Below, piece after piece: positions 1 through 10,003 of a DNA stretch of 64,000 bases. The position numbers and the translations under genes were made by a program. Source of the DNA: Candidatus Omnitrophota bacterium (GTDB lineage: Bacteria > Omnitrophota > Gorgyraeia > Zapsychrales > Zapsychraceae); the NCBI GenBank assembly GCA_035292445.1, contig DATDQB010000023.1, positions 153,533-217,532 of the forward strand, given 5' to 3'. Every line of letters starts with the position of its first letter. Position 1 is the stretch's first letter. The notes under the pieces were generated by a model. It saw only the letters and a list, made by a program, of their open reading frames with translations, ran no database searches and was not told the origin of the DNA.

Positions 1-1
1 C

Positions 2-1042
2 AACCCTTCTTTCGAAGGCGGCATCAGCTCATTGGCAAATTCCATCAAGCTTCAGGCCGTTACTATTTTCCACATTTTCAGCCACTACCTGGAGGTGTTT
101 CTTTTTCCTTTTCTGGTCAAGCAATTGCCGCCTTTGTATGAGCCCCCCATTGAGGCGCTCTGGGGCGTTAAAACGTGGCTATCACTGGGGGTTTTCTTTG
201 GGTTCATCTTTTGCGTTTTCCAAGCGTATAAACGCGACAGGAAGTTATCATTTTTTCTTTTATGGTTTCTGATCTGTTTTATTCCTGTTTCCAACATTAT
301 TGTGATTGCTAACCCGATGGCGTACCGGTTCATGTATTTGCCTTCTATCGGTTTGTCAGCGGCGTTGGTTATTTTATGCGTTAAGCTCAAGGACAGGGTC
401 GCTTTCTTTAAGATATATCATCGGGTTCCCAAGATGATCGCCACAGGCTATATTGTTTTATGCGTGATCCTGACGGTCTTGCTTAATTTCAACTGGCGGG
501 ACAATACCATGATGGCCTTCGCGATGGTCAAGGATTTTCCCGATTATCCCATCACCAATTTACATGCCGGCATGGAGTATCTTAATGCGGGCATGACGGA
601 AGAAGCCAAAAAGCTGGTTCACAAAAGCGTCAAATTGGGAGTACAAGATCCCAGGGGTTATTATCTGATGGGCTTGTTAAGCAATGATTTGAATACGGCC
701 CAGGCATATCTTGAAGAGAGCGTCCGGGCTTTCCCGACGTATTCGGATTCCTACCTTGTTTTGGGCAGGATCCATTTGATCAAGAAGGAATTCCCGCAGG
801 CCAGGCATTATTTAGACAAAAGCATCCAATTGGCGCCTCGATGGATCGCCTTTGCGTATTTGATTCATATGCATTTGCTTGAGAAAGAGCACATTCAGGC
901 ACAAGAGCTGATGGAGAGGGCCGAAGAGCTGCTGGCACCGGCAGAGTACGAGCAACTAAGGCGTGCTTATTCTTTGTTGCAGAAAGATCCGAACGATCTT
1001 CCTGTTGAATTTCCCGATATATCAAGTTTTGTATCGCATTAA
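2..1042 (+). CDS. TMTC-like (GT-C, DUF1736-type) membrane protein with C-terminal TPRs, 5' partial
   Basis: Frame is open from the window start. Multiple TM helices, 'FIPVSNI...MAYRFMYLPSIG' and 'NWRDN' as in TMTC-like proteins, then TPR-like helices. Confidence 0.7.
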   Translation, partial: NPSFEGGISSLANSIKLQAVTIFHIFSHYLEVFLFPFLVKQLPPLYEPPIEALWGVKTWLSLGVFFGFIFCVFQAYKRDRKLSFFLLWFLICFIPVSNIIVIANPMAYRFMYLPSIGLSAALVILCVKLKDRVAFFKIYHRVPKMIATGYIVLCVILTVLLNFNWRDNTMMAFAMVKDFPDYPITNLHAGMEYLNAGMTEEAKKLVHKSVKLGVQDPRGYYLMGLLSNDLNTAQAYLEESVRAFPTYSDSYLVLGRIHLIKKEFPQARHYLDKSIQLAPRWIAFAYLIHMHLLEKEHIQAQELMERAEELLAPAEYEQLRRAYSLLQKDPNDLPVEFPDISSFVSH

Positions 1043-1083
1043 ACGGAGTTTATTTTGTTGATGGGGTATAAAAGGAGTGAGTT

Positions 1084-1503
1084 ATGAGAACATATCGCGA
1101 AGAATTATGGTTTAATACAAAAAATCGCAGGGATTATATTAATATCACGCCGCAAGTCCAAAAGGCGATCGATAAAAGCGGCATTAAAGAGGGCTTATGC
1201 CTGGTCAATGCCATGCATATCTCCGCTAGCGTGTATATTAACGATGATGAACCGGGTTTGTTGCATGATTATGATCAGTGGCTGGAGAAACTGGCCCCGC
1301 ATGAGCCCGTTTCCCAATATCAACATAATGATACCGGTGAGGATAATGCGGACGCGCATTTAAAAAGGCAGGTCATGGGCCGGGAAGTGGTCGTCGCCGT
1401 CACCAGCGGTAAATTGGATTTCGGGCCGTGGGAACAAATTTTTTACGGCGAATTTGATGGGCGGCGTAAAAAACGCGTCCTTATTAAAATCATAGGAGAA
1501 TAA
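1084..1503 (+). CDS. yjbQ: YjbQ/UPF0047 family protein (secondary thiamine-phosphate synthase)
   Basis: '[14 protein letters not shown]', '[18 protein letters not shown]'; RBS AAGGAG upstream. Confidence 0.9.
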   Translation: MRTYREELWFNTKNRRDYINITPQVQKAIDKSGIKEGLCLVNAMHISASVYINDDEPGLLHDYDQWLEKLAPHEPVSQYQHNDTGEDNADAHLKRQVMGREVVVAVTSGKLDFGPWEQIFYGEFDGRRKKRVLIKIIGE

Positions 1504-1505
1504 CC

Positions 1506-2408
1506 ATGAGCTTAATGGTCCTGGGAACGGTGGCACTCGATAATATCAAGACCCATTTGGGCCTTCGGAGGGATTTGTTGGGCGGCTCGGCCTGCCATTT
1601 TGCCATGAGCGCGCATTTATTTACCAAAGTGCATATGGTGGGCATCATCGGGCACGATTTTCCCAAGCGGCATATTGATTTTCTGGAAAAGAAGGGGATC
1701 GACCTCACTTCCGTGATCGCGCAGGAGGGGCCTTCGTTTCGTTGGCACGGGGAATACCGCAAGGGCGACTATAATAACGCCATCACATTGGCGACGGAAT
1801 TGGGAGTCCTTCTTAATTATGTGCCCCAGGTCGCGGCCCATCAGCGCAACATTCCTAACGTCTTTCTGGCCAATATCGATCCCGATGTGCAGATGCAGCT
1901 TTTGAAATTCATGGTCAAGCCCCAGATCATCGGTCTGGACAGCATGAACCTATGGATCCATAATAAGAGAAATTCTTTAAAAAAATTAATGAAGAAAGTA
2001 AATTTGTTCGTAGCCAATGATAAAGAGGCGTGCGATCTGTCGGAAGAGCACAACCTGATCAAAGCCGCCAAATCATTGCGCCGCATGGGGCCTGAGTTTA
2101 TCGTTGTTAAAAAAGGAGAACACGGCGTGTTTTTTTACTGCGACAAGTTCATGTTCTCTTTTCCGGCATATCCGGTCGAGCATGTGGTCGATCCCACGGG
2201 GGCCGGGGACACTTTTGCCGGGGGCCTTATGGGCTATTTGACCAAAGCCGGAAAGGTCAATGAGAAGAATTTGAAAAAGGCCCTTTTGTACGCAACAACG
2301 ATGGCTTCCTTTAATGTCGAGGGTTTTGGCATGGAAGTCACCTCCCGCTTAACGATGGATAAAGTCAATCGGCGGATGAAAGAACTGGTTAAATTCGTGA
2401 CGATATGA
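1506..2408 (+). CDS. PfkB family carbohydrate kinase
   Basis: 'GGSA' substrate motif and 'DPTGAGDTFAGG' PfkB signature. Confidence 0.9.
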   Translation: MSLMVLGTVALDNIKTHLGLRRDLLGGSACHFAMSAHLFTKVHMVGIIGHDFPKRHIDFLEKKGIDLTSVIAQEGPSFRWHGEYRKGDYNNAITLATELGVLLNYVPQVAAHQRNIPNVFLANIDPDVQMQLLKFMVKPQIIGLDSMNLWIHNKRNSLKKLMKKVNLFVANDKEACDLSEEHNLIKAAKSLRRMGPEFIVVKKGEHGVFFYCDKFMFSFPAYPVEHVVDPTGAGDTFAGGLMGYLTKAGKVNEKNLKKALLYATTMASFNVEGFGMEVTSRLTMDKVNRRMKELVKFVTI

Positions 2409-3334
2409 GCGAAAATAAAAAAGATAACGACAATTTTAAAAGTGGCATCGTAACGATCATCGGCCGGCCCAATGTCGGCAAGTCCACCTTGTTAAACCGC
2501 ATCTTAAACACCAAGGTGGCGATCGTTTCTCAGGTGCCGCAGACGACACGCAATCAGATCCGCGGTATCTACAATGACGCGCGGGGCCAAATTGTTTTTA
2601 TCGACACCCCCGGCATCCATTTCGGCCGGGACAATTTGGATAAGCTGATGAACGAATCCTCCCGGATGACGATCGATGATGCCGATTGCATAATTTATTT
2701 GGCGGACGTTTCCCGTCGCACGGGAGAGGAGGAGAAGGCAGTGGTGGAGCGGTTGAAAAATGTCAAGGGGCACATCATCATGGGGCTCAATAAAGTTGAT
2801 CTGGGAGCCAGCCGCATCCCGGAGTACATTTCTTTATGGGAGAATACCAAAGGCTGCAGCGTCAATGAATTGAAAAATTTTACGCTTCTTCCCTTGGCCG
2901 GGGAGCGTGGAACGAACGTGGATAAACTGATCGACATCATTTTTGATCTGTTGCCGATGGGGCCGGCGCTTTATCCGCCGGATATGGTGACGGATCTGCC
3001 GCAGCGGATCGCGATTGCCGAGATCATCCGCGAGAAATTATTCATGCTCATGCGGGAGGAAGTGCCGCATTCCATAGGGGTCGTGGTCGAGGCCATGCAA
3101 GCGAAGAAAAACATCATCCATATTAAAGCGCTCATTTACGTTGAGCGTGAAGCTCATAAGGAAATCGTGATCGGAAAAGGCGGGCAGGTCTTGAAGACGG
3201 TCGGCACGCAGGCCCGGGAAGAGTTGGAACGCCTTTTGCAATCAAAGATTTTTCTCGAGTTGACGGTAAAAACCAAAGAGAGCTGGCGGGATGATCTGTC
3301 CATATTGGCGGAGTTAGGGTATACCCATTCCTGA
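2405..3334 (+). CDS. era: GTPase Era
   Basis: GRPNVGKS, QTTRN, DTPG, NKVD; KH domain 'REEVPHS...IVIGKGG'. Confidence 0.97.
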   Translation: MSENKKDNDNFKSGIVTIIGRPNVGKSTLLNRILNTKVAIVSQVPQTTRNQIRGIYNDARGQIVFIDTPGIHFGRDNLDKLMNESSRMTIDDADCIIYLADVSRRTGEEEKAVVERLKNVKGHIIMGLNKVDLGASRIPEYISLWENTKGCSVNELKNFTLLPLAGERGTNVDKLIDIIFDLLPMGPALYPPDMVTDLPQRIAIAEIIREKLFMLMREEVPHSIGVVVEAMQAKKNIIHIKALIYVEREAHKEIVIGKGGQVLKTVGTQAREELERLLQSKIFLELTVKTKESWRDDLSILAELGYTHS

Positions 3335-3339
3335 GTTTA

Positions 3340-4092
3340 ATGAAGACAACACGTTATTTTTTGATCATCGCAGTTTTTTTCATCCTATCCCTAAGCCTTC
3401 AAGCTCAGGAAAGCCCGCATGTCGTCGTCTTTCACAAAAACCAAGAACAGGTTGTTTATTACGATCTTTACATTCCTCCCTCAAGCGAAAAGGAGAAGAT
3501 GCCCGTTCTGGTTTGCACGGGCGGGCTTCCTATTATTGACGGCCGATATGTTCACTCGGACACAAAAGAATGCAGCGGCAAAGAGTGGACGGATTTTGCC
3601 GATCGAAACAAGATCGCTATTTTGGGGCTGGGATTTCTCTTTAAAGAAGAAGACTGGAAGGACCAAACCAGCTACCAATTCCCCAAAGCCTGGTCGGGCA
3701 GGGCATTAAATCAAGTTTTGAATAAACTCGTAAAGGATCATCCCATAGATAATGACCAATTATATATGTTTGGGATTTCCGCCGGAGCGCAATATTCTAC
3801 GCGATTCGGCTTGTTAAACCCTAAGCGTGTCAAGGCGGTTGCTTCCCATGCGGCGGGCGGTTATGATGCGCCGCAACGCCATGTCCCTGTCAAATTCCTT
3901 CTAACGGTTGGCGAGCTGGATAACGATGAGATCTCGCGGGTCGAATGGGCCAAATATTTTATGGAAAAAGCCGGGGAAAAAGGCATTGATGTGCGCTTGG
4001 AAATTATCTCCGGTATCGCGCACCGGCAGACGCAAGGGCAGAACGAAATGTCGCGGCAGTTTTTTGAAGGCGTTCTTAAAGAGAATCGCTAG
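3340..4092 (+). CDS. Secreted alpha/beta-hydrolase (esterase-like)
   Basis: Signal peptide; nucleophile GISAG, Asp in 'GELD', His in 'GIAH'. Confidence 0.7.
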   Translation: MKTTRYFLIIAVFFILSLSLQAQESPHVVVFHKNQEQVVYYDLYIPPSSEKEKMPVLVCTGGLPIIDGRYVHSDTKECSGKEWTDFADRNKIAILGLGFLFKEEDWKDQTSYQFPKAWSGRALNQVLNKLVKDHPIDNDQLYMFGISAGAQYSTRFGLLNPKRVKAVASHAAGGYDAPQRHVPVKFLLTVGELDNDEISRVEWAKYFMEKAGEKGIDVRLEIISGIAHRQTQGQNEMSRQFFEGVLKENR

Positions 4093-4900
4093 AGGCGTTC
4101 TTTTTTTCTTCCAATTCAAGAAGGATATCGGTGCAGGGGCTGTCGCCTTTTTCTTTGGCGCCGAATTCCTCCGATGCTTTGGCGTATGCGCGTTCAAACC
4201 CCAGTTCTTTCAGTTTTTGATTCGCTTCTTTTTCAAGCTCGCAGGGATGTGCTTGGCCTTCGTTCTTCAAATGTTCCAGCAGCCGGTGCATGATCTCATG
4301 CAGGACGATGCCTTCGATGGCTTCTGAAGAGGTAGCATCATTTAAGCCGTCGCCCAAACGGATAATATAGAAGCCGTTCTCAAAAGTCGTCGGCGGGTCG
4401 GTCTCGCGCATGGTAAATTCCAGCGAGCCGGCGTATCGGGCAATGCCTCCGGTGTAGTAATCGATGAAAAGGATGGGCCGCCGGCGGTCGGTAACGGTCA
4501 AATATATGTCCAGGGGGAGTTTTTGTAAGGCATTGAGCAGCGCTTCCCGCACTTTGGGATAACTAAAAAGAAGGTTGCCGCTGGCGAACTCGCTTAAATA
4601 TTGTTTGGCCATTTCCTCGCGGTCGTTGGTCTGCCAGCGGACGACATTATTATTCTCTAGATAAAAAGTAATGGCGGCAGTTTTTTTATCTGTCTTATCC
4701 TGATATTCGAAGGTGATCGATTCGCTGTTATCAAGCGATTGGTAGGAGCGCAGGTTTTCTTCGCCGAATTTTCTTATGAGTTCTTCGCGGGAATCTTTTT
4801 CGAACCCCTTGCTTACACCGAGCGTTTTAGCGTTCGCGGGAATGGCGAGGATGCAAAGAAACAGGATAAAGATTGTATATTTGATCAAATTTGCGTTCAT
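4076..4900 (-). CDS. Exported hypothetical protein with HExxH (zincin-like) motif
   Basis: Signal peptide; 'VLHEIMHRL' with a downstream Glu ('ELEKEAN'). Confidence 0.55.
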   Translation of the reverse strand: MNANLIKYTIFILFLCILAIPANAKTLGVSKGFEKDSREELIRKFGEENLRSYQSLDNSESITFEYQDKTDKKTAAITFYLENNNVVRWQTNDREEMAKQYLSEFASGNLLFSYPKVREALLNALQKLPLDIYLTVTDRRRPILFIDYYTGGIARYAGSLEFTMRETDPPTTFENGFYIIRLGDGLNDATSSEAIEGIVLHEIMHRLLEHLKNEGQAHPCELEKEANQKLKELGFERAYAKASEEFGAKEKGDSPCTDILLELEEKKNASSDSL

Positions 4901-4949
4901 GGTATGTTGGGTTTATTATACAAGAAGAGCGGTTATTTAAGAGAAGAAA

Positions 4950-5618
4950 ATGAAACAAAACTCCGTTACCGTAAAACAGATCCAAAGACTGGATCGGTTG
5001 GCTATTGAAAGCTACGGCGTGCCTTCCTTAATATTAATGGAAAATGCGGGAAGGGCGCTGGCACAAGAAGTTTCAAAAACATTAAAGAACAAAAGAAGAG
5101 TCTGTGTTATTTGTGGGATCGGCAATAATGCGGGTGATGGATTTGTTGGCGCGCGGCATCTTATTAATGCCGGCAAAAAGGTAGATATTATTTTGATTGG
5201 CAAGGGAAGTAAGCTTAAAGAAGATGCGTTTGTTAATTATTCGATCTTAAAGAAGCTTAAATATCCCATCCAAGAAGTTTCTCAAGCGCGAAGCTTCGTT
5301 GTCAGGAAAATCAAAGCGGCCGATATTATTGTGGATGCTATTTTTGGCGTGGGGTTAAACAGGGAAGTGGCGGAGCCTTTTAAGAGTTTTATCGAAGCGA
5401 TCAACACCCATGCCAGAAAAATCATTGCCGTGGATATTCCTTCGGGATTGGATGGAACGAGCGGGAAAAAATACGGCGTTTGCATCCGCGCCAACAAAAC
5501 CGTCACGTTTACGTTCATGAAGAAAGGCTTCTTGGTCAACGAAGGGCCGAAGCATGCGGGGAAAATTATCGTCGTTGACATCGGCATTCCCAAAAGGCTT
5601 CGGGACAGGCTCAAATGA
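4950..5618 (+). CDS. nnrE: NAD(P)H-hydrate epimerase (stand-alone YjeF_N)
   Basis: LMENAG, GNNAGDG, DAIFGVG, DIPSG. Confidence 0.92.
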   Translation: MKQNSVTVKQIQRLDRLAIESYGVPSLILMENAGRALAQEVSKTLKNKRRVCVICGIGNNAGDGFVGARHLINAGKKVDIILIGKGSKLKEDAFVNYSILKKLKYPIQEVSQARSFVVRKIKAADIIVDAIFGVGLNREVAEPFKSFIEAINTHARKIIAVDIPSGLDGTSGKKYGVCIRANKTVTFTFMKKGFLVNEGPKHAGKIIVVDIGIPKRLRDRLK

Positions 5619-6277
5619 GCGTTAATAATAAAAATATCGATAAAGTCATAACAGTTTTGAAAAAAGAACTGAAAGGTTTGCCGGACCCGGCGGTCACGTT
5701 GGTCGGTAAAAAGTGGAAGAATCCGTTTCTTGTGCTGATATCGTGCCTTTTAAGTTTAAGGACGAAAGATGAAACGACCCTTCCGGCTTCGATGCGGCTG
5801 TTTGCTTTGGCCGACACGCCCCTTCGCATGGTCCAATTGGCCCCCAAAGAGATCGAAAAGGCCATTTATCCCGTCGGATTTTATCGCACCAAGGCACGCA
5901 CCATTCTCAATATTTGTCGCGAGTTGCTGGATCATTATGACGGCAAAGTGCCGGATGATCTGGACACATTATTGACGTTTAAAGGGGTGGGGCGAAAGAC
6001 GGCTAACTTGGTTTTAACCGAAGGTTTCGGTAAGCTTGGCGTTTGCGTCGATACGCACGTGCATCGCATTTCCAACCGTTTTGGTTATGTGCGCACCAAG
6101 GCGCCGGAGGAAACGGAAAGGGCTTTAAGAGCAAAGCTTCCCAAGAAATATTGGATCGAATATAACGCTTTGCTGGTCAGCTGGGGGCAGAATGTTTGCA
6201 AGCCCGTTTCGCCACTATGCTCTGGGTGTGCGCTCATTAAATTTTGTCAACGACGAGGGGTAAGCGTTAGTCGATAA
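5615..6277 (+). CDS. nth: Endonuclease III
   Basis: HhH 'KGVGRKTAN', 'VDTHVHR', 4Fe-4S C-x6-C-x2-C-x5-C. Confidence 0.93.
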   Translation: MSVNNKNIDKVITVLKKELKGLPDPAVTLVGKKWKNPFLVLISCLLSLRTKDETTLPASMRLFALADTPLRMVQLAPKEIEKAIYPVGFYRTKARTILNICRELLDHYDGKVPDDLDTLLTFKGVGRKTANLVLTEGFGKLGVCVDTHVHRISNRFGYVRTKAPEETERALRAKLPKKYWIEYNALLVSWGQNVCKPVSPLCSGCALIKFCQRRGVSVSR

Positions 6278-6437
6278 ATATCTTAAAGAGGACGGCAAAT
6301 TTCTTGACAAGATGAAATTGCTATGTTAAAAGATTTACGAAAATAGAAAAATAAATCCATGAAAAATAATTAGAGAAGTCGGGGGCCTTGCAAGGATCTT
6401 TTTGAAGGGTTCCCTTTTTTGTGAACATTAAGTGAAT

Positions 6438-7481
6438 ATGAAAAAAGTCATTGGATTAACGTACAATTTAAAAACGGATTGGAAAGTCGGCGAGGGGGAT
6501 CCTAAAGACGCCAGTGCCGAATTCGACAAACCTGAAACCATTGATCGTGTGGTTAGAGTATTAGAGAAGGCAGGATTTGTGGTTAAGCGAATAGGGGATG
6601 TCGATGCTCTTTTGAAACAGCTGGATAAACTGGATGTGGATCTCGTTTTTAATCTCTGCGAGGGCAAAAAGGGCCGCAATCGCGAAGCAGAGGTGCCGGT
6701 ACTATTGGAGATGAAAGGCGTTCCTTTCGTGGGCTCCGATGGGTTGACGATGGGGATCACCCTCGATAAAGTCGTTGCCAAACAGGTTTTTATCGCCGAA
6801 GGCATCCCAACGCCAAAATATTTCGTGGTAAATGATGGCGATGACGCGCAGAAGCTTAATAAGATCGGTTTTCCTCTGATTGTTAAAACGAGCCGCGAAG
6901 GTTCTTCCAAAGGGATTTCCAAAGACTCGAAAGTCACTGACCTTGAATCGCTCAAGAAACGCGCCCAGTTTATAAATGAAACATACGATCAGCCGGCCTT
7001 GGTTGAGGAATTTATCCGCGGCATGGAATGTACGGTCGCGGTGATCGGGAACAATCCGCCCCAAGTGATGCCGATCGTGCAGACCACCATCGATGGTAAG
7101 TTTCAATTGGGTGAGGAGTTTTATACCAATGCAAGAATTTATTCCGACGCGATTAAATATGTTTGCCCCGCCAGGTTTTCCGATCGATTAATAAAAAGAA
7201 TAGAAGATATCGCGGCTCGCGCCTACAAAGCAGTGGGTTGCCGCGATTTTGCGCGCATCGATTTTCGTATCGACGAGAAAGAGAACCCTTATGTGTTGGA
7301 GATCAACCCGCTTCCCAGCCTGGATTACGAAGATGCGTTTAATATTTTCCCTCAAGTGATCGGCTCAAGTTACGATGAAATGATCGTAAAAATAATTAAT
7401 TTTGCATTGGAACGATACGGCTTGTTGGGGTATGATAAATCACATAAGGAAAAGTTGTTGGGTTCTGCCGTTAACCTTTAA
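6438..7481 (+). CDS. ATP-grasp ligase, D-Ala-D-Ala-ligase-like (non-canonical)
   Basis: 'EGSSKGI', 'VEEFIRG', 'ARIDFR', 'LEINPLP'; has 'FNLCEG' instead of the Ddl HG..GEDG motif. Confidence 0.85.
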   Translation: MKKVIGLTYNLKTDWKVGEGDPKDASAEFDKPETIDRVVRVLEKAGFVVKRIGDVDALLKQLDKLDVDLVFNLCEGKKGRNREAEVPVLLEMKGVPFVGSDGLTMGITLDKVVAKQVFIAEGIPTPKYFVVNDGDDAQKLNKIGFPLIVKTSREGSSKGISKDSKVTDLESLKKRAQFINETYDQPALVEEFIRGMECTVAVIGNNPPQVMPIVQTTIDGKFQLGEEFYTNARIYSDAIKYVCPARFSDRLIKRIEDIAARAYKAVGCRDFARIDFRIDEKENPYVLEINPLPSLDYEDAFNIFPQVIGSSYDEMIVKIINFALERYGLLGYDKSHKEKLLGSAVNL

Positions 7482-7501
7482 CCTTTGTAAGGAGGATGTG
7501 A

Positions 7502-8680
7502 TTGAATAACCCTGTTGATGTAGATGCGCAACATAAACAAGCCATTAAGCCCGCCATTAAGTTAACTCCCAAAGAAAACAAAGTAATGAATTTTTTTGAT
7601 GACGCTACCCCTATCGATTGGGAAGATTGGCGCTGGCAGTTGCGCAATCGCATGCGTACCAAAGAAGCGTTGGAGAAATTTGTCGATTTGACACCTGAAG
7701 AGATTAAAGGTATTGAGGGCTGCGGCGATAAGCTTACCATGTCCATTCCGCCATATTTTGCGAGCTTGATCGACCCCAATAATCCTAAATGCCCGATCCG
7801 TTTACAATCTATTCCTCAACAATATGAGCTTGAAGACGCCCCCGAGGAAATGCTTGATCCCTGCGGGGAAGACGCCAATTCCCCGGTCCACGGGCTGGTG
7901 CACCGTTATCCGGACAGGGTTTTATTTCTGGTTAATGAAATGTGCGCCATGTATTGCCGTTATTGCACGCGCTCAAGAATGGTCGGTGATGGGGAGCGCA
8001 CGTTAAGTTTAAAAACATACGAGGCCGCTTTTGAGTATATCCGTAAGACCAAACAGATTCGTGACGTATTAATTTCCGGTGGCGATCCACTGACGTTAAG
8101 CGACCGGGTGCTGGAACATATCATCTCTACTCTTAAAGCTATTCCCCATGTTGAATTTGTCCGTATCGGAACGCGCGTTCCGGTCACCTTACCGCAACGT
8201 ATCACGACAGACTTGGTGACCATGCTCAAGAAATACAGTCCCATTTGGATGAGCATTCATTTTAATCACCCTAAGGAAGTTACCAAACGCGTTAAATTCG
8301 CCTGTGATCTTCTGGCGGACAGCGGTATCCCGATGGGAAGCCAAACTGTTTTACTGCGAGGCGTCAATGATAATGCCGAAACGATGAAAAAATTGATGCA
8401 TGAACTTCTGAAAATCCGCGTGCGCCCTTACTATATTTATCAATGCGACCCCATCAAAGGCTCCAAACACTTCCGCACGCCTGTCTCCGTAGGTATTGAG
8501 ATTATGGAGAAGCTGCGCGGGCACACAACCGGCTATGCCGTGCCGACCTTTGTCATTGACGCCCCGGGCGGCGGCGGCAAAGTCCCCATCGGCCCCAACT
8601 ATATTCTTTCCTATAAGGATGGTAAATGCGTGATCCGCAATTTTGCCGGGAAAGAATATACCTATTACGATCCTAAGTAA
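7502..8680 (+). CDS. kamA: KamA family radical SAM, lysine 2,3-aminomutase-like
   Basis: HRYPDR, CAMYCRYCTR, YYIYQCD, DAPGGGGK (PLP Lys); TTG start after AGGAGG. Confidence 0.88.
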   Translation: MNNPVDVDAQHKQAIKPAIKLTPKENKVMNFFDDATPIDWEDWRWQLRNRMRTKEALEKFVDLTPEEIKGIEGCGDKLTMSIPPYFASLIDPNNPKCPIRLQSIPQQYELEDAPEEMLDPCGEDANSPVHGLVHRYPDRVLFLVNEMCAMYCRYCTRSRMVGDGERTLSLKTYEAAFEYIRKTKQIRDVLISGGDPLTLSDRVLEHIISTLKAIPHVEFVRIGTRVPVTLPQRITTDLVTMLKKYSPIWMSIHFNHPKEVTKRVKFACDLLADSGIPMGSQTVLLRGVNDNAETMKKLMHELLKIRVRPYYIYQCDPIKGSKHFRTPVSVGIEIMEKLRGHTTGYAVPTFVIDAPGGGGKVPIGPNYILSYKDGKCVIRNFAGKEYTYYDPK

Positions 8681-8793
8681 GTTGTTTTCAGCAACCTCGC
8701 CAGGATTATCCTAACCCTTCTTTTATCAACTATTTGACGATATCTTTCACCCATGTTAAGATAGCCTTGCGTTTTAAGAATGGGGAGGCTGTT

Positions 8794-9096
8794 GTGAAAA
8801 AAATCGAAGCGATTGTCAGGAAAGAAAAGTTTGAAGAAGTTATTAAAGTATTGGAAAAATCCGGCATTGGTGGTGTAACTGTAACGCCGGTAATGGGTTT
8901 TGGACGCCACCGTAACGGCCTTAAAGAAAAGATGAAAATTGATATCTATGCAGATGAATTTCAGGTGGATAAAATCATCGATCTCATCCGGCGCACGGCC
9001 AAAACAGGCTCAACCGGCGACGGCAAAATTGCCATTCTTGAATTAAGTAAACTTTACAGAATCCGAACCGGGGAACAAGGGGCCAGCGCCGTTTAA
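8794..9096 (+). CDS. P-II family regulator with shortened T-loop
   Basis: 'KKIEAIVR', 'GFGR', 'TGSTGDGKI', 'RIRTGE'; GTG start after GGAGG; promoter TTGACG-N17-TAAGAT at 8734-8762. Confidence 0.88.
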   Translation: MKKIEAIVRKEKFEEVIKVLEKSGIGGVTVTPVMGFGRHRNGLKEKMKIDIYADEFQVDKIIDLIRRTAKTGSTGDGKIAILELSKLYRIRTGEQGASAV

Positions 9097-9225
9097 GGGG
9101 TGTTTTTAGGAAGAAATTTTCGTTTGTAAAAATTAATTTTACTTTCTTCAAATATATACTATAATAGCATCCTCGTTGGAATTATTATTTAAACTAAGTT
9201 TAATTGTTAAGGTGGTGAGTGTTTC

Positions 9226-9384
9226 ATGATCGAAGTCAAGGTGCAAGACCCGCAAAATTTTGAGAAGGCAATGAGAATCTTCAAGAAGGCCTGTCAAAAA
9301 GACGGCTTTATGATGGAATTAAAGGAAAGACGTTTTTACAGCAAGCCATCAGAGAAAAAGCGAACTAAGGGCAAGAGCAAGTAA
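9226..9384 (+). CDS. rpsU: 30S ribosomal protein S21 (missed by the ORF track)
   Basis: Manual translation: MIEVKVQDPQNFEKAMRIFKKACQKDGFMMELKERRFYSKPSEKKRTKGKSK. Confidence 0.93.
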   Translation: MIEVKVQDPQNFEKAMRIFKKACQKDGFMMELKERRFYSKPSEKKRTKGKSK

Positions 9385-9415
9385 GACATTTTCATGTCGG
9401 ATCTCAACTAAGGAG

Positions 9416-9452
9416 AAGGCAAGCATAATTAAAACGTATGCTTGCCTTTTTT
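9416..9452 (+). terminator. Intrinsic terminator after rpsU
   Basis: AAGGCAAGCATA...TATGCTTGCCTT followed by a T-run. Confidence 0.75.
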
Positions 9453-9480
9453 ATCTTTTTCAGAAGAGCTGGAGGAAGGA

Positions 9481-10002
9481 ATGGCTGGGCAGAAACGTAT
9501 TGCTATTTTAGTGGAAGACCAATATCAGGTGCTGGAGGTATGGTATCCTTGGCTAAGGCTTAGAGAAGAAGGGATGGCTGTACATTTTGTTGGTAGCGGA
9601 ACAAAAGAGACCTACGCTAGTAAAGAAGGTTACCCCGCCAAGGCCGATAAGGCCATTAATGATGTCAAAACAAAAGATTACGACGGTGTTGTTATTCCCG
9701 GTGGGTTCGCTCCGGATTTTATGCGCCGCAACCCTAAGATGGCTGAATTTGTCCGAGAAATTCACGATGAAGGAAAAGTCGTTGCCGCGATCTGCCACGG
9801 CGGCTGGATGCTTGTCTCCGCGGGTATTCTCAAGAACCGAACCGCAACCTGTTTTTTCGCCATTAAAGACGATTTGATCGCCGCCGGCGCCAAATACGTG
9901 GATCAGGAAGTGGTGGTCGATAAAAATTTGATTACCTCCCGCAAGCCGGAGGATTTAACGACGTTTGTGGTGGAGATCATCAAGCAATTAAAGAAATCCT
10001 AG
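9481..10002 (+). CDS. PfpI/DJ-1 family protein (type 1 glutamine amidotransferase-like)
   Basis: 'IPGGFAPD', 'AAICHG', 'VVVDKNLITSRKPEDL'. Confidence 0.92.
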   Translation: MAGQKRIAILVEDQYQVLEVWYPWLRLREEGMAVHFVGSGTKETYASKEGYPAKADKAINDVKTKDYDGVVIPGGFAPDFMRRNPKMAEFVREIHDEGKVVAAICHGGWMLVSAGILKNRTATCFFAIKDDLIAAGAKYVDQEVVVDKNLITSRKPEDLTTFVVEIIKQLKKS

Positions 10003-10003
10003 C

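Noticed and set aside
6438-7481. Calling this gene ddl
   Set aside because: It lacks the HGxxGEDG and related Ddl substrate motifs, and the context is kamA rather than mur genes
7502-8680. EF-P modification enzyme EpmB
   Set aside because: No efp or epmA is adjacent, and the motifs are KamA-type (DAPGGGGK)
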